From: Candidatus Limnocylindrales bacterium
GTDB lineage: Bacteria; Chloroflexota; Limnocylindria; Limnocylindrales; CSP1-4
Direction of reading: 5' to 3'
NCBI GenBank assembly: GCA_038915815.1
Contig: JBCLCL010000001.1
Coordinates: 5,899-69,898, forward strand
DNA: 64,000 bases
Part shown: positions 39,556 to 49,233 of the stretch, one piece after another
Layout of the letters: every line of letters starts with the position of its first letter
How positions within the stretch are numbered: position 1 is the stretch's first letter
Program-made: the position numbers and the translations under genes
The notes under the pieces: model-generated
Told to the model about the DNA's origin: nothing
What the model saw: the letters and a program-made list of their open reading frames with translations, nothing else
Database searches by the model: none

Positions 39556-39691
39556 GGCGTTCACCCTCGCCTCGCTCGATCTCGACGTACGGCGCACCAG
39601 AGACGCCGGCCGCGTCCGCAACTTGGGCCTGGGTCCGTGGCCTGCGTCGACGAGTGGAGCGGGCCTCGCCACCGAGCGTGGCGGCGATCCG
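39556..39691 (-). pseudogene. XRE-family helix-turn-helix remnant
   Basis: RIAATLGGEARSTRRRRPRTQAQVADAAGVSGAPYVEIERGEG; no convincing start or C-terminus. Confidence 0.55.
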
Positions 39692-39935
39692 CTTCGGTAC
39701 GGTCGCCCATGATGCTGCCAGCATCAGTTCAGGCACTGCACTCGGGCACATGTGGTCCGGGGGCGGGCAGCGGTGGCCGCGGGACCGTCTCGGACAGGGC
39801 TTATCCGCGAATCGGGTCCGTGGTGACGCTCGGGGCAGCACGAGGCCATGCAAGGCTGGGTTGGGGCAGGTCACCGGAGGCGTGTCGGCGGGTTGTGGCT
39901 CGACTCCTGCCGAAACTGATGCTCCCAGCAGAATC

Positions 39936-39996
39936 GGGCGCCGCTGGAGCCGCTGGGCGCCGCTGGGCGCCGCTGGGCGCCGCTGGGCGCCGCTGG
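39936..39996. repeat. Intergenic tandem repeat (GGGCGCCGCT) about x6
   Basis: Five exact 10-mers and one 9-nt variant. Confidence 0.9.
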
Positions 39997-40076
39997 ACGC
40001 GAGGCGGCCACGGCTCGCGCGCCGCTGCAGCCAGGCGCGGATCGGGCCGCCTGTGGCGCGTGGTGACCTGCCGTGG

Positions 40077-40355
40077 TCAGCGCGGTCGACGGAAGCCGGT
40101 CCAGGTGCCGGCCTCCCATTCCGATCCGAGGCGGGCCATGATCGACTCGAGGCGTGGACCCTCGAGGTCCGGGTAGAGACGGCGAAGCAGGAATCGGGCC
40201 CGCTCCAGCTCGGACATCGGTCCGGCGCGATCGGCTTGGGCCCAGACCAGTACGAACGCCTGGCGGTACATCTGATCGTGCACGCGCATGCGTTCCGCCG
40301 CGCCCACCCGGCGGAGTCGCTCGTCGAAGCGCGCCTGTGCCTGGTCAACCGCCAC
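40077..40355 (-). CDS. Small helical protein, partner of the adjacent nucleotidyltransferase gene
   Basis: GGAGG RBS; 92 aa ending ...RARFLLRRLYPDL...; overlaps the upstream gene end. Confidence 0.6.
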   Translation of the reverse strand: MAVDQAQARFDERLRRVGAAERMRVHDQMYRQAFVLVWAQADRAGPMSELERARFLLRRLYPDLEGPRLESIMARLGSEWEAGTWTGFRRPR

Positions 40356-40875
40356 GGACCGCCTCCAGCCGATCGCTGATCCCGAGAGCGACAGCGTATC
40401 GTTCCAGGTACGACCAGTCGAGTTCCTTCACGAGGCGGACGACCGATCGGACGTCGCGCAGCTGCAACTCCGAGATCCCCTCCGACCACTCCAGTTTGGC
40501 AAGGACGAGGTCCTCGGCCGCAATCACCCAGATCTGCCCGAGGATCGGGTGGTCAACGCGTGCGCGACGCTCCTTCGCCGATCGCGCCCACGCATCCCTG
40601 CGGCCGAACATGAGATCGACCCGGACGAGATCACGGCGGTGGATCATGCCACCCGTCCAGCGGCTACCGAAGTCGATCGGGTCGTTGACCAGGAAGTCCC
40701 GGTCAAAGGCCGGACGAACGCGCCGATCGTAGTCGGCAACCCCTGCGTCGAGGACGATGTCGATATCCCGCGTCATCCGCGGTTCCGCCTAGGTGGCGAG
40801 CGCCCAGGAACCCGTGACGTACCAGTGCAAGCCGAGCCCCTCGAGGCGATCGAGGACCTCGCGTTCAACGTTCAT
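40345..40875 (-). pseudogene. Pol-beta-superfamily nucleotidyltransferase interrupted by an in-frame TAG
   Basis: MNVEREVL...YVTGSWALAT*AEPRMTRDIDIV...EDLVLAKLEW; TAG at 40789-40791. Confidence 0.75.
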
Positions 40876-42623
40876 CCGAGCAGGATGCGCCGCAGGAGCG
40901 AGGTCGGCGGCGAACCGTGGCCGATGACCGCTTCGAGGTGCCGGCGGTAGACGAAGCCCGGCGTCTCTCCGAATCCCCCGACGACCCTTGGCTCCGGCAC
41001 AGCGTCGGCGCCGCGTGGTGCGCCGGCCGCCACGGCCGCCCGCCGACGCACCTCGCGCTCGATCTCCCACATCTCCATCGAACCGGCGAAGTAGGTCGAC
41101 AACTGGGTCGATGACAGACGGGCCCGGTCGTACTTCGCCCGGGCCTCGGCCTCCTCCTGGAAGCCGCCGTCCACCATCAGCGCGACGGCCTCCTCCTGGG
41201 TCATCCCCCCGGTGTGGATCCGCGCATCGATGATCGCGTTGATGGCCGCGCGCAGATAGAACTTCCAGTGGGTGAGCAGGAGGGCCGGGTCGTCCGCCCC
41301 GTAGCCCGCGTCCATCATCACCTGGGTGACGTAGACCGCCCAGCCCTCGGCGAAGACGCCGCTGCCGAAGATGGCCCGGACGATGGACGGGCAGCGGTTG
41401 GCGTAGACGCCCTGGAGGTAGTGTCCGGGTACGGCCTCGTGGATCGTCAGCAGGCGCAGCATCCGGTCGTTGTCCTCGCGCAGGTTCGACTCGCGCTGCT
41501 CGTCGGTCCAGTCGTCGGGCATCGGCGTGATCGAGAAGAACGCCTTCTGGCCCTTGTCCAGCGGTCCGGGCGAGTCGAGCATCGCACCCCCGAACGAACG
41601 CATGAAGACCGGCGTCCAACGGATCTCCAGCGGTTCGTCGGCCAGTCCGATCAGGTCGCGCTCCGCGCAGAAGGCCTCGATCCGGGCGTTCTCGACGCGG
41701 CAGAACTCGAGGAGTTGGTCGGCCCTGGGGTGCTCGAGCGCGATGGCGTCCAGGACGCCGCGAACCATCGCCCGCTCGTCGTCGGGCGCGGCTCGATCCG
41801 GGCACCAGGTCGGCCAGAGCGCCCGGGCGAGCCGGGCGAGCTCCGCTCGCACGGCCAGGTAGTCGCGCTCGGCGCCGGCCAGGATCCGCCCCGGGGTGAG
41901 CGCGTCGGACCGCATCGTGTGACGCATCTTCGCGGCGAAGAGCTCGGGACCAAGGCGCCCTTCGCCGTCGCTCACGGGCAGCACGACCTCGCGCAGGTGC
42001 GTCTCGAAGGCCGTCATCGCCGCTCGGGCGAACTCGGCGGCGGCCTGCAACCGGGGTGTCAGCGCGGCGACCGCCGGGTCCTCCGCGGCAGCCTCGGCGG
42101 CGGCCAGCGCGTCGCCGATCAGCTCATCGACGCCGGAGATCCGGTCCAGGGCCGTCTCGGTCTGGAACCTGCCGACCGGCCGGCCGTCGTGTCCGACCAG
42201 GCTGGTCTTCGCCGCCTCGACGACCGCCGGTAGCCCTTCCAGCCGTCCCGCGACGGACACAAGCCGCGTGTGAAGCGGAGCGAACTCGCGGGCAAGCAGG
42301 GAGAAGAGGCCGCCGCCCAGCAGGTAGATCCAGGCAAGTGGGTTCCAGCGCTCCTCGCGCAGCACCGTCTCGGAGAAGCGCGCCGACTCCAGCTCGCCGA
42401 CCAGCAGGTCGCGGTCGATCGCCTCGTCGGGCGACAGCCCGGTCATCGCTCCAAAGTCGGCCAGCCATCGGTCCACGAACGCCAACCAGTCGGCCCGACC
42501 GGCCTCGGTCAGGTCCGGCCAGCGGTCGTCGTGCTCGTGGACCCCGACGGCGGTCGCCCTGATCGGGTCGAATCTGAAGAACTCGGCAAGGAAGGCGTCG
42601 ATCTGGCTTGGAAGGTCGGACAC
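40872..42623 (-). CDS. DUF885 family protein
   Basis: HEAVPGHYLQ, FAEGWAVY, IIDARIH and QLSTYFAG motifs. Confidence 0.9.
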   Translation of the reverse strand: MSDLPSQIDAFLAEFFRFDPIRATAVGVHEHDDRWPDLTEAGRADWLAFVDRWLADFGAMTGLSPDEAIDRDLLVGELESARFSETVLREERWNPLAWIYLLGGGLFSLLAREFAPLHTRLVSVAGRLEGLPAVVEAAKTSLVGHDGRPVGRFQTETALDRISGVDELIGDALAAAEAAAEDPAVAALTPRLQAAAEFARAAMTAFETHLREVVLPVSDGEGRLGPELFAAKMRHTMRSDALTPGRILAGAERDYLAVRAELARLARALWPTWCPDRAAPDDERAMVRGVLDAIALEHPRADQLLEFCRVENARIEAFCAERDLIGLADEPLEIRWTPVFMRSFGGAMLDSPGPLDKGQKAFFSITPMPDDWTDEQRESNLREDNDRMLRLLTIHEAVPGHYLQGVYANRCPSIVRAIFGSGVFAEGWAVYVTQVMMDAGYGADDPALLLTHWKFYLRAAINAIIDARIHTGGMTQEEAVALMVDGGFQEEAEARAKYDRARLSSTQLSTYFAGSMEMWEIEREVRRRAAVAAGAPRGADAVPEPRVVGGFGETPGFVYRRHLEAVIGHGSPPTSLLRRILLG

Positions 42624-42655
42624 TCACGCGAGTCTATCCGGCTACCATGCCCTGA

Positions 42656-43252
42656 GTGTCGATACAGCGCTGGGTGGAGCCGGTCGTCCTGGAGGGCTCG
42701 CGCGTCCGGCTGGAGCCGCTCCGTCCGGACCATCTCGCGGACCTTGCCCTGGTCGCCTTCGACCTGGCGATCTGGCGCTGGACGATCATGGGACCACAGG
42801 ACGAGGCCGGGCTGCGTCGCTGGGTGGAGACCGCCCTGGCCAATGCCGACGAAGCCACGGAACGGCCGTTCGCCACGATCGACCGAGCCTCCGGGCGCGC
42901 CATCGGCAGCAGCCGGTTCATGTCCATCGTGCCCGAGCATCGCCGCCTCGAGATCGGTTGGACCTGGGTGGGTGCGGCCTTCCAGCGGACCGGCGCGAAT
43001 CGGGAGGCGAAGCTGCTCCAGCTGACCCACGCGTTCGAGACCCTCGGCGCCAACCGGGTCGAGTTCAAGACGCACTCGCGGAACGAGCAGTCGAGGACGG
43101 CGCTGGCCGGGATCGGCGCCACGTTCGAGGGCGTCTTCCGCAACCACACGATCATGCCCGACGCCTCGCTTAGGCACTCCGCCTACTTCAGCGTCATCGC
43201 CGAGGAATGGCCGCAGGTCAAGGCCCGGCTCGAGGCGAGCCTCGCCCGCTGA
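42656..43252 (+). CDS. GNAT N-acetyltransferase (RimJ/RimL-like)
   Basis: LEIGWTW, RTGANREAK, HAFE and NEQSR motifs. Confidence 0.88.
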   Translation: MSIQRWVEPVVLEGSRVRLEPLRPDHLADLALVAFDLAIWRWTIMGPQDEAGLRRWVETALANADEATERPFATIDRASGRAIGSSRFMSIVPEHRRLEIGWTWVGAAFQRTGANREAKLLQLTHAFETLGANRVEFKTHSRNEQSRTALAGIGATFEGVFRNHTIMPDASLRHSAYFSVIAEEWPQVKARLEASLAR

Positions 43253-43335
43253 GCGTGGTGGTCGACAGGCGCGGTACCCTCCGAGGTAGCGGCGGACGAA
43301 TGCCGACCAGGTCAGCCATCGAACGGAGGGATCCC

Positions 43336-43722
43336 GTGAAGGGTTTCATCATCGGCACGGTCATCACGGCGATCGCGTTCTGGGTGCTGACCAACTTCCT
43401 GTCGCAGTTCGTGAGCTACGAGGGCGAACTCGTCGGCCTGTTGGTCCTGGCAGTCATCTTCGGTGTCGTCAATGGCCTCATCGGGCCGATCGTCAAGATG
43501 CTCACCCTGCCGATCAGCATGATGTCCCTCGGCCTCGTCGGCTTCCTGATCAACGCCGGGCTGCTCCTGGTCACCGCCCTCGTCGTCGACGCCGCCGGGT
43601 TCAATCTGACCGTGGGCGGCTTCCCGCCGGATCTGACCGCCGACACGCTCGTCGCCGCGGTGATCGGGTCGGTCGTCCTGAGCGTCGTCGGCACCGTCGT
43701 GCGGCTTGTCGTCCCCGACTGA
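43336..43722 (+). CDS. 4-TM phage holin family / YvlD-like membrane protein
   Basis: GVVNGLIGPIVKMLTLP..SLGL...INA pattern; GGAGG RBS. Confidence 0.82.
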   Translation: MKGFIIGTVITAIAFWVLTNFLSQFVSYEGELVGLLVLAVIFGVVNGLIGPIVKMLTLPISMMSLGLVGFLINAGLLLVTALVVDAAGFNLTVGGFPPDLTADTLVAAVIGSVVLSVVGTVVRLVVPD

Positions 43723-45115
43723 TCGCGACGCGCTCCGACGAGCCGCTCGCCGGTTCGGGACGCCGCTCTACGTCACGGATCTGAGGGTCCTCGCCGAGGC
43801 CGCGGGCCAGGTCCGCGATGCCTTCCCGGACCCGTGGCTCCGCCACTATTCGGTCAAGGCCAACGACGTGCCGGCGATCGTCGCCGCGGTGGCGGCCCAC
43901 GGGTTCGGTGCCAATGTCGTGTCGCGCGGTGAATGGGCCGCCGCGACCCGGGCCGGTCTGCCCAACGAGCGAATCACCCTGGAAGGGGTCGGCAAGACGC
44001 CCGCGGACCTGCGGGCAGCGGCTCGCGCGACCCGCGATGGTCGGCCGTTGCGCTGGGTCGCGATCGAATCGCCCGAGGAGGCAGACGCCCTGGCGGAGAT
44101 CGTCGCACGCGGGCGCGGGAGCGGGCGCGGGAGCGGGCGCGGGAGCGGGCGCGGGAGCGGGCGCGGGAGCGGGCGCGGGCGCGGGAGCCGGCGCGGCCCT
44201 CGACTCGACGTGCTCTACCGGCTCAACCCCGATGTCATCCCCGAGACGCTGGCCGGCCTCGCGGTCGGAGCCGGCGTCTCGAAGTTCGGGATGACGCAGT
44301 CGGAACTCGCGACCGCCATCGAGGCAGGCGGCGGGCCGGATGGACCGCTCCGGCCGCGCGGGATCCACGTCCACGTTGGCTCGCAGCTCGGCGCCGTCGA
44401 TGCCTGGCGCGATGCGGTTCGTCGGGCGCTGGCAGTCACCGCACTGTGGCGCGGCTCGATCGAGACCTTCGACACGCTCGACATCGGCGGCGGGTTCCCG
44501 GTCTTCGAGGCCGGTACCCCGGCGCCCGATCCCGCGCGCTTCGCCCGCGAGCTGCCCGCGCTGCTCGACGCCGTCCCCGCGGATCGGCGCCCGACTCGCC
44601 TGGCGGTGGAGCCGGGGCGCTACCTCGTCGCCCGGGCCGGCTGGCTTGTGGCGCGCGTCCTCCATGTCCGCGACCGGGGCGGTCGCCAGGTCGTCCTCGA
44701 CGCGGGCATGACCGAGCTGATCCGCCCGGCGCTCTACGGCGCCCGCCATCCGATCGTCGCCCTGACCTCGATGGGGCGGGCGCTCGACGGCGTCCCGCCG
44801 CGCCTCGCGCCGGCGACGGGCGACCCGGTGACCGCCGGCCCGGTGACCGCCGGCCCGGTACCAAGCCTCGCGCCGATGGCGGCCAGCCCGGCGGCCTTCG
44901 AGCCGACCCGCGTCGAGGGGCCCATCTGCGAGTCGACCGACTCGCTCGGCGTCCACGATCTTCCGCCCCTGCGCCGCGGCGACCTGGTGGCCATCGCCGA
45001 CGCGGGCGCATACGCCGCCTCCCAGTCCTCGACCTACAACGGCCGGCCGCGACCCCCGCAGGTCCTGCTGGATACCGCGGGAGGCCTCACGCTCGGGCGG
45101 CGACGGCTCGCCTGA
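43706..45115 (+). CDS. lysA: Diaminopimelate decarboxylase-like PLP enzyme
   Basis: GTPLYV, YSVKAN, SKFG, HVGSQ, GGGF, EPGR, GPICESTD and GAY motifs. Confidence 0.82.
   Translation: MSSPTDRDALRRAARRFGTPLYVTDLRVLAEAAGQVRDAFPDPWLRHYSVKANDVPAIVAAVAAHGFGANVVSRGEWAAATRAGLPNERITLEGVGKTPADLRAAARATRDGRPLRWVAIESPEEADALAEIVARGRGSGRGSGRGSGRGSGRGSGRGRGSRRGPRLDVLYRLNPDVIPETLAGLAVGAGVSKFGMTQSELATAIEAGGGPDGPLRPRGIHVHVGSQLGAVDAWRDAVRRALAVTALWRGSIETFDTLDIGGGFPVFEAGTPAPDPARFARELPALLDAVPADRRPTRLAVEPGRYLVARAGWLVARVLHVRDRGGRQVVLDAGMTELIRPALYGARHPIVALTSMGRALDGVPPRLAPATGDPVTAGPVTAGPVPSLAPMAASPAAFEPTRVEGPICESTDSLGVHDLPPLRRGDLVAIADAGAYAASQSSTYNGRPRPPQVLLDTAGGLTLGRRRLA
44109..44188 (+). repeat. In-frame 12-bp tandem repeat (GCGGGCGCGGGA) x5 plus partials, encoding (RGSG)n
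   Basis: Read directly inside the lysA-like gene. Confidence 0.92.
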
Positions 45116-45467
45116 CCGGTCGTTCGGTATGGTGAGCGCGTAAACCGGCGCGATCGATCCCGCGGCCGCCGACTCGTGGCCGCGACTCCCAGTCGACAGC
45201 ACGACCCGAGCGCGCTCGCCGGGACCTCCATGGCGTGTCTTCGCGACTGGCAAGCACCGAATCGCGGCGAGGCGCCTCGGCCACGGCTGCTCCATCTGTG
45301 GCGTCGACTGCCAGTCGCGCCGACCCCAGCCACCGAGTGCCGCCGGCTCGCGATCCCTGGGGTTCTCGTCCGGCTCTTCGCCGCGACCGTCAGCGGGGTG
45401 TCTGCGGCGGATCCATCGGCCCCGCCGCCGGGGCCGCCGTTCCCGGCACCCATAGACGGTCAGGCGA
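45099..45467 (+). pseudogene. Decayed duplicate of the lysA end, methyltransferase start and TPM-gene start
   Basis: 45099-45159 matches 45468-45529; 45381-45466 encodes AADPSAPPPGPPFPAPIDGQA, like AADPAVPPPGPPFPDPVGDQA near 47560. Confidence 0.7.
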
Positions 45468-45509
45468 GGCGTCGGCTTGCCTGACCGGTCGTCCGGTATG
45501 GTGATGCGC

Positions 45510-47471
45510 GTGAACGAGCGCGATCGATTCCGGATGCGGCTCGCCGCCCGGCCGCTCCTTGCGGACGGTGCGATGGGGACCCTCCTCTACTCGCGCGGCG
45601 TCCCCCAGCGGGCGAACCTCGATGAGCTCGTCGCGAGCCGCCCGGAGCTGATCAGCGCCATCCACCGGGAGTACCTCGAGGCCGGCGCCGACCTGATCGA
45701 GACCGCCACGTTCGGGGCGAACCGGATCCGGCTCGCGGCGCACGGTATGAGCGATCGGGCGGCGGCGCTCAACCGGCGCGCTGCCCAGCTCGCCCGCGAG
45801 GCTCGGGACGTGTCGGGGCGCGAGGCCTGGGTGGCTGGCTCGATCGGCCCGCTGGGCGCCCCGACCCGCGAGCTCCTTCATCTGCCCGACGCGGAGGTCC
45901 GGGCAGCCGTCCGCGAACAGCTTGACGGCCTTCTCGAGGGCGGCGCCGACCTCTTCATCTTCGAGACCTTCTCGCTCCTGTCGCACCTCCTGCTGGCGGT
46001 CGATGAGGCGCGCCGGGCGGCGGACCTGCCGATCATCGCCCAGCTCACCTTCGGCGAGGAGCTCCAGCTGCCGGACGGGACCGCACCGGCGAGCGTGGTT
46101 GCGGCACTGCTCGCCGCAGGCGCCGACGTCGTCGGGATCAACTGCGGCGGAGGCCCGGAAGCGTGCGCCGAAGCGCTCGAGGCGATGGCCGCGGGCGAGG
46201 GCTTGGCGACCCCGTCCGGCGCCGCTCGTTCGATCATGCCCAATGCCGGCCTGCCGCAGCGGATCGAGGGCCAGTTCGTCTACGCCGCCAGCCCGGAGTA
46301 CCTCGGTGGGATCGTCCCGCGCTTCCTCGCGGCGGGGGCCGCGATCGTCGGAGGCTGCTGCGGCACGACGCCCGAGCACATCGCGGCCATGCGCCGGGCG
46401 CTCGATGCCTTCGAGGTGCGTCGCGCCGACGCCGCCAGCGCGATCGCGACGGTGGATCCCGAAGCCGCCCCCGCGACGATCCGCCCGATCCGCCCGAGGC
46501 CGATCGCCGCCGAGCCCCACGCCGCGGCCGGCTCGAGCGCCGAGCGCCCGGAGCCGACCAGCCTCGCCCGCGCCCTCGCCGGCGGTCGCTTCGTCATCTC
46601 CGTCGAGATCGATCCGCCGCGCTCGGTCCGGATCGAACGCACGATCGAGGCCGCCCGCCTGCTGCAGGCCGCCGGGGTCGACCTCGTCAACGTCAGCGAC
46701 TCGGCGATGGCCCGGGTCCGGATGGGTGCGCTCGCCGTGGCGTTCGGCATCCAGCATGACCTGGATCTCGAGTGCATCGTCCATGTCACGACGCGCGATC
46801 GGAATCTCATGGCACTGGAGTCGGAGCTGCTCGGTGCACACGCGCTGGGCGTCCGCGACATCCTCGCCCTGACCGGCGACCCGCCGCGGGTCGGCGACTA
46901 CCCGTCCGGCACGGGCGTCTGGGACGTCGACTCCATCGGGCTCGTGGAGATCCTGGCCCGGCTCAATCGCGGGGAGGACGCCGCCGGGAGTCCGATCGGC
47001 CAGCCGGCCGGGTTCACGATTGCCTGTGCCCTGGATCCGACGGCGGCCGACGCCGCGACCGAATGGGACCGCCTGGAACGCAAGCTGGCCGCCGGCGCCC
47101 ACCTGGTCATGACCCAGCCGCTCTACGATCTGGCCCAGGTCGATGCGATGCTCGACGAGGCCGAGCGCCGCTTCGGGCCAGCCGGGTTCCCGGTCCCCCT
47201 GCTGCTTGGCGTGCTGCCGCTCCAGAGCTCCCGCCACGCGGAGTTCCTGCACAACGAGGTCCCCGGCATCACGATCCCCGACGCCGTGCGGAGCGCGCTC
47301 AGGGAGGCGGGCGACCGGGGTGCCGAGGTCGGCCTGGAGATGACCCTGGCTCTCCTCGATGAGGTCGGGGCCCGTGTCGCCGGCACCTACATCATGCCAA
47401 GTTTCGGTCGCTACGAGCAGGCAGCGGAGTTGGTCCGCCGGCTGCGGGCTCGCCAGGGTGTGCCGGCGTGA
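45510..47471 (+). CDS. Bifunctional homocysteine S-methyltransferase / methylenetetrahydrofolate reductase (YitJ-like)
   Basis: LADGAMGT, GINC, PNAGLP, GGCCGTTPEHI; then EIDPPR, RDRN, TGDPP, MTQP and NEVPG. Confidence 0.92.
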   Translation: MNERDRFRMRLAARPLLADGAMGTLLYSRGVPQRANLDELVASRPELISAIHREYLEAGADLIETATFGANRIRLAAHGMSDRAAALNRRAAQLAREARDVSGREAWVAGSIGPLGAPTRELLHLPDAEVRAAVREQLDGLLEGGADLFIFETFSLLSHLLLAVDEARRAADLPIIAQLTFGEELQLPDGTAPASVVAALLAAGADVVGINCGGGPEACAEALEAMAAGEGLATPSGAARSIMPNAGLPQRIEGQFVYAASPEYLGGIVPRFLAAGAAIVGGCCGTTPEHIAAMRRALDAFEVRRADAASAIATVDPEAAPATIRPIRPRPIAAEPHAAAGSSAERPEPTSLARALAGGRFVISVEIDPPRSVRIERTIEAARLLQAAGVDLVNVSDSAMARVRMGALAVAFGIQHDLDLECIVHVTTRDRNLMALESELLGAHALGVRDILALTGDPPRVGDYPSGTGVWDVDSIGLVEILARLNRGEDAAGSPIGQPAGFTIACALDPTAADAATEWDRLERKLAAGAHLVMTQPLYDLAQVDAMLDEAERRFGPAGFPVPLLLGVLPLQSSRHAEFLHNEVPGITIPDAVRSALREAGDRGAEVGLEMTLALLDEVGARVAGTYIMPSFGRYEQAAELVRRLRARQGVPA

Positions 47472-47484
47472 GACGGTGGACGGC

Positions 47485-49233
47485 ATGATCGGTCGGCGCC
47501 GCTCGCTCGCCGCCCTCGGGGCGCTCGCCTGGCTCTTCGTCGCGGCCGTTGGCGTGGCGTCCGCGGCGGATCCGGCGGTACCACCGCCCGGGCCGCCGTT
47601 CCCGGACCCCGTCGGGGACCAGGCTGTCTACGACTACGCGGAAATCCTGGGCAGCGACACGATCGTCGAGGCCGAGGCCGTGATCGACGCGATTGAGGCG
47701 CGAACCGCCGCGGAGGTCGTCGTCTACACCCAGGACGCCGGCGCCTACGAGCTGACCACCGAGGAGACGGAGGCGAAGGCCCGAGCGCTCATCGACCAAT
47801 GGGGCATCGGTCGCGCCGGATTCGACGACGGCCTGGTCATCTTCATCGATCTCGAACCGAACCTCCTCCACGGCCAGGTCCAGCTCTACGCGGCGCCGGG
47901 GTTCGAGGCGGCCTTCCTCTCCAACAGCGAGCGCCAGGCGATCTTCGACGACGAGATGCTCCCGCGCCTGCTCGAGGCCGACTTCGATGGCGCGGTGATG
48001 GTCGCCCTCGAGAAGGTCGATGCGGCCACGACCGCCGAGCATGCCGGGGAGCTCCAGGCGGCCCGCCAGATCAACGCCGGGCTCGGACTCGTCGGGGCGC
48101 CGATCGTGTTCATGGGTCTGGCCGGCTGGGCGTTCGTCAACTGGCGCCGCTACGGCAAGGACCCGGTTTACCTGGACGATCCCTCGATCCTGATGCCGGC
48201 GCCGCCACCGGACCTGACCGCAGCGTCCGGGGCGATGGTCATGGACGGCGGAACCTCGCGTCGGGCATTGACAACGGCGATGCTCGACCTCGCCAGCCGT
48301 GGCCTGATCACCTTCCGTGAAGAGAGCGGGTTCCTCGGGCTCGGCCGGAAGGTCGGCATCGACCTCGCGCCGCCGCGCGGTGACGCCGAGCTGGAGGCGC
48401 AGCGCGCCCGAAACTCGCGCCGTCCGACCGGTCCGGCCGAGGAGACCGCCCTCCGTCACCTGCGATCGCTCGGCGGCAGCGGGGAGGGCGGCTACATCAC
48501 CCCCGAAGAACTGCCGAAGTTCGGGGAACACGTCGCGGACTTTGACAGCGCACTGGAGAAGCATGTCGTCGCCCGTGGCTGGTTCAAGGAGAAGCCGAGC
48601 AAGGTCACCGTGCGCTGGGTCCTGAAGGGCGCTTTGGCGATCTTGGCCGGGACCGTCGCGCTGGTCATCGGCTTCATCGCGCCGATCTCCGGTCTGGTCC
48701 TGATCGGCGGCGCGGCGATCGCCGGCGGCATCGTGATCGTCATGTTCGCCAGGGGAATGCCATCGGTCACGATGCCGGGCGCGATGATCCGGGCGATGCT
48801 CGCTGCCTACCGCCGGACGCTGCAGAAGACGATGGCCCAGGCTCGCTCGATGCAGCAGGTCGTGGACGAGGCCGGCCTGGACTGGCTGGACACGCCGGAC
48901 CAGGCCGTCGTGTGGGGGACGGCGCTCGGGCTCCAGGAAGAGATCGAGGGCGTCCTGTCACGCAGCCTGGAGGACGTCCAGCGTGGCACCGCCGGGGCGA
49001 TGCCCTGGTTCCCGGTCTGGTACCTCGGCTCAGGCGGCTCGTCGTTCACGGGCGCTGGGGCTGCCGGCAGTGGTGGAGGCCTCTTCTCGGATTCCGGGAT
49101 CCCCGATCTCGGCGGGATGATGTCGGCGCTGGGCACGATCGGCAACCCGCCGTCGTCGTCAGGCAGCGGCGGCGGCGGCTTCGGTGGCGGGGGCTCGGGC
49201 GGCGGAGGCGGGGGCTCGGGCGGCGGGTTCTAA
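47485..49233 (+). CDS. TPM-domain / DUF2207-like membrane protein with Gly-rich tail
   Basis: Signal peptide, VYDYAEIL, WGIGRAGFDDG, LDLASRG and terminal GGGGSGGGF. Confidence 0.85.
   Translation: MIGRRRSLAALGALAWLFVAAVGVASAADPAVPPPGPPFPDPVGDQAVYDYAEILGSDTIVEAEAVIDAIEARTAAEVVVYTQDAGAYELTTEETEAKARALIDQWGIGRAGFDDGLVIFIDLEPNLLHGQVQLYAAPGFEAAFLSNSERQAIFDDEMLPRLLEADFDGAVMVALEKVDAATTAEHAGELQAARQINAGLGLVGAPIVFMGLAGWAFVNWRRYGKDPVYLDDPSILMPAPPPDLTAASGAMVMDGGTSRRALTTAMLDLASRGLITFREESGFLGLGRKVGIDLAPPRGDAELEAQRARNSRRPTGPAEETALRHLRSLGGSGEGGYITPEELPKFGEHVADFDSALEKHVVARGWFKEKPSKVTVRWVLKGALAILAGTVALVIGFIAPISGLVLIGGAAIAGGIVIVMFARGMPSVTMPGAMIRAMLAAYRRTLQKTMAQARSMQQVVDEAGLDWLDTPDQAVVWGTALGLQEEIEGVLSRSLEDVQRGTAGAMPWFPVWYLGSGGSSFTGAGAAGSGGGLFSDSGIPDLGGMMSALGTIGNPPSSSGSGGGGFGGGGSGGGGGGSGGGF

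Noticed and set aside
39936-39996. CRISPR array
   Set aside because: Simple tandem 10-mer with no spacers; no cas genes in the window.
40789-40791. Pyrrolysine recoding of the amber codon
   Set aside because: No pyl genes in the window and TAG is used as a normal stop by other genes here.
43336-43722. Prophage suggested by the holin-family gene
   Set aside because: This 4-TM family is commonly chromosomal and no phage genes are nearby.
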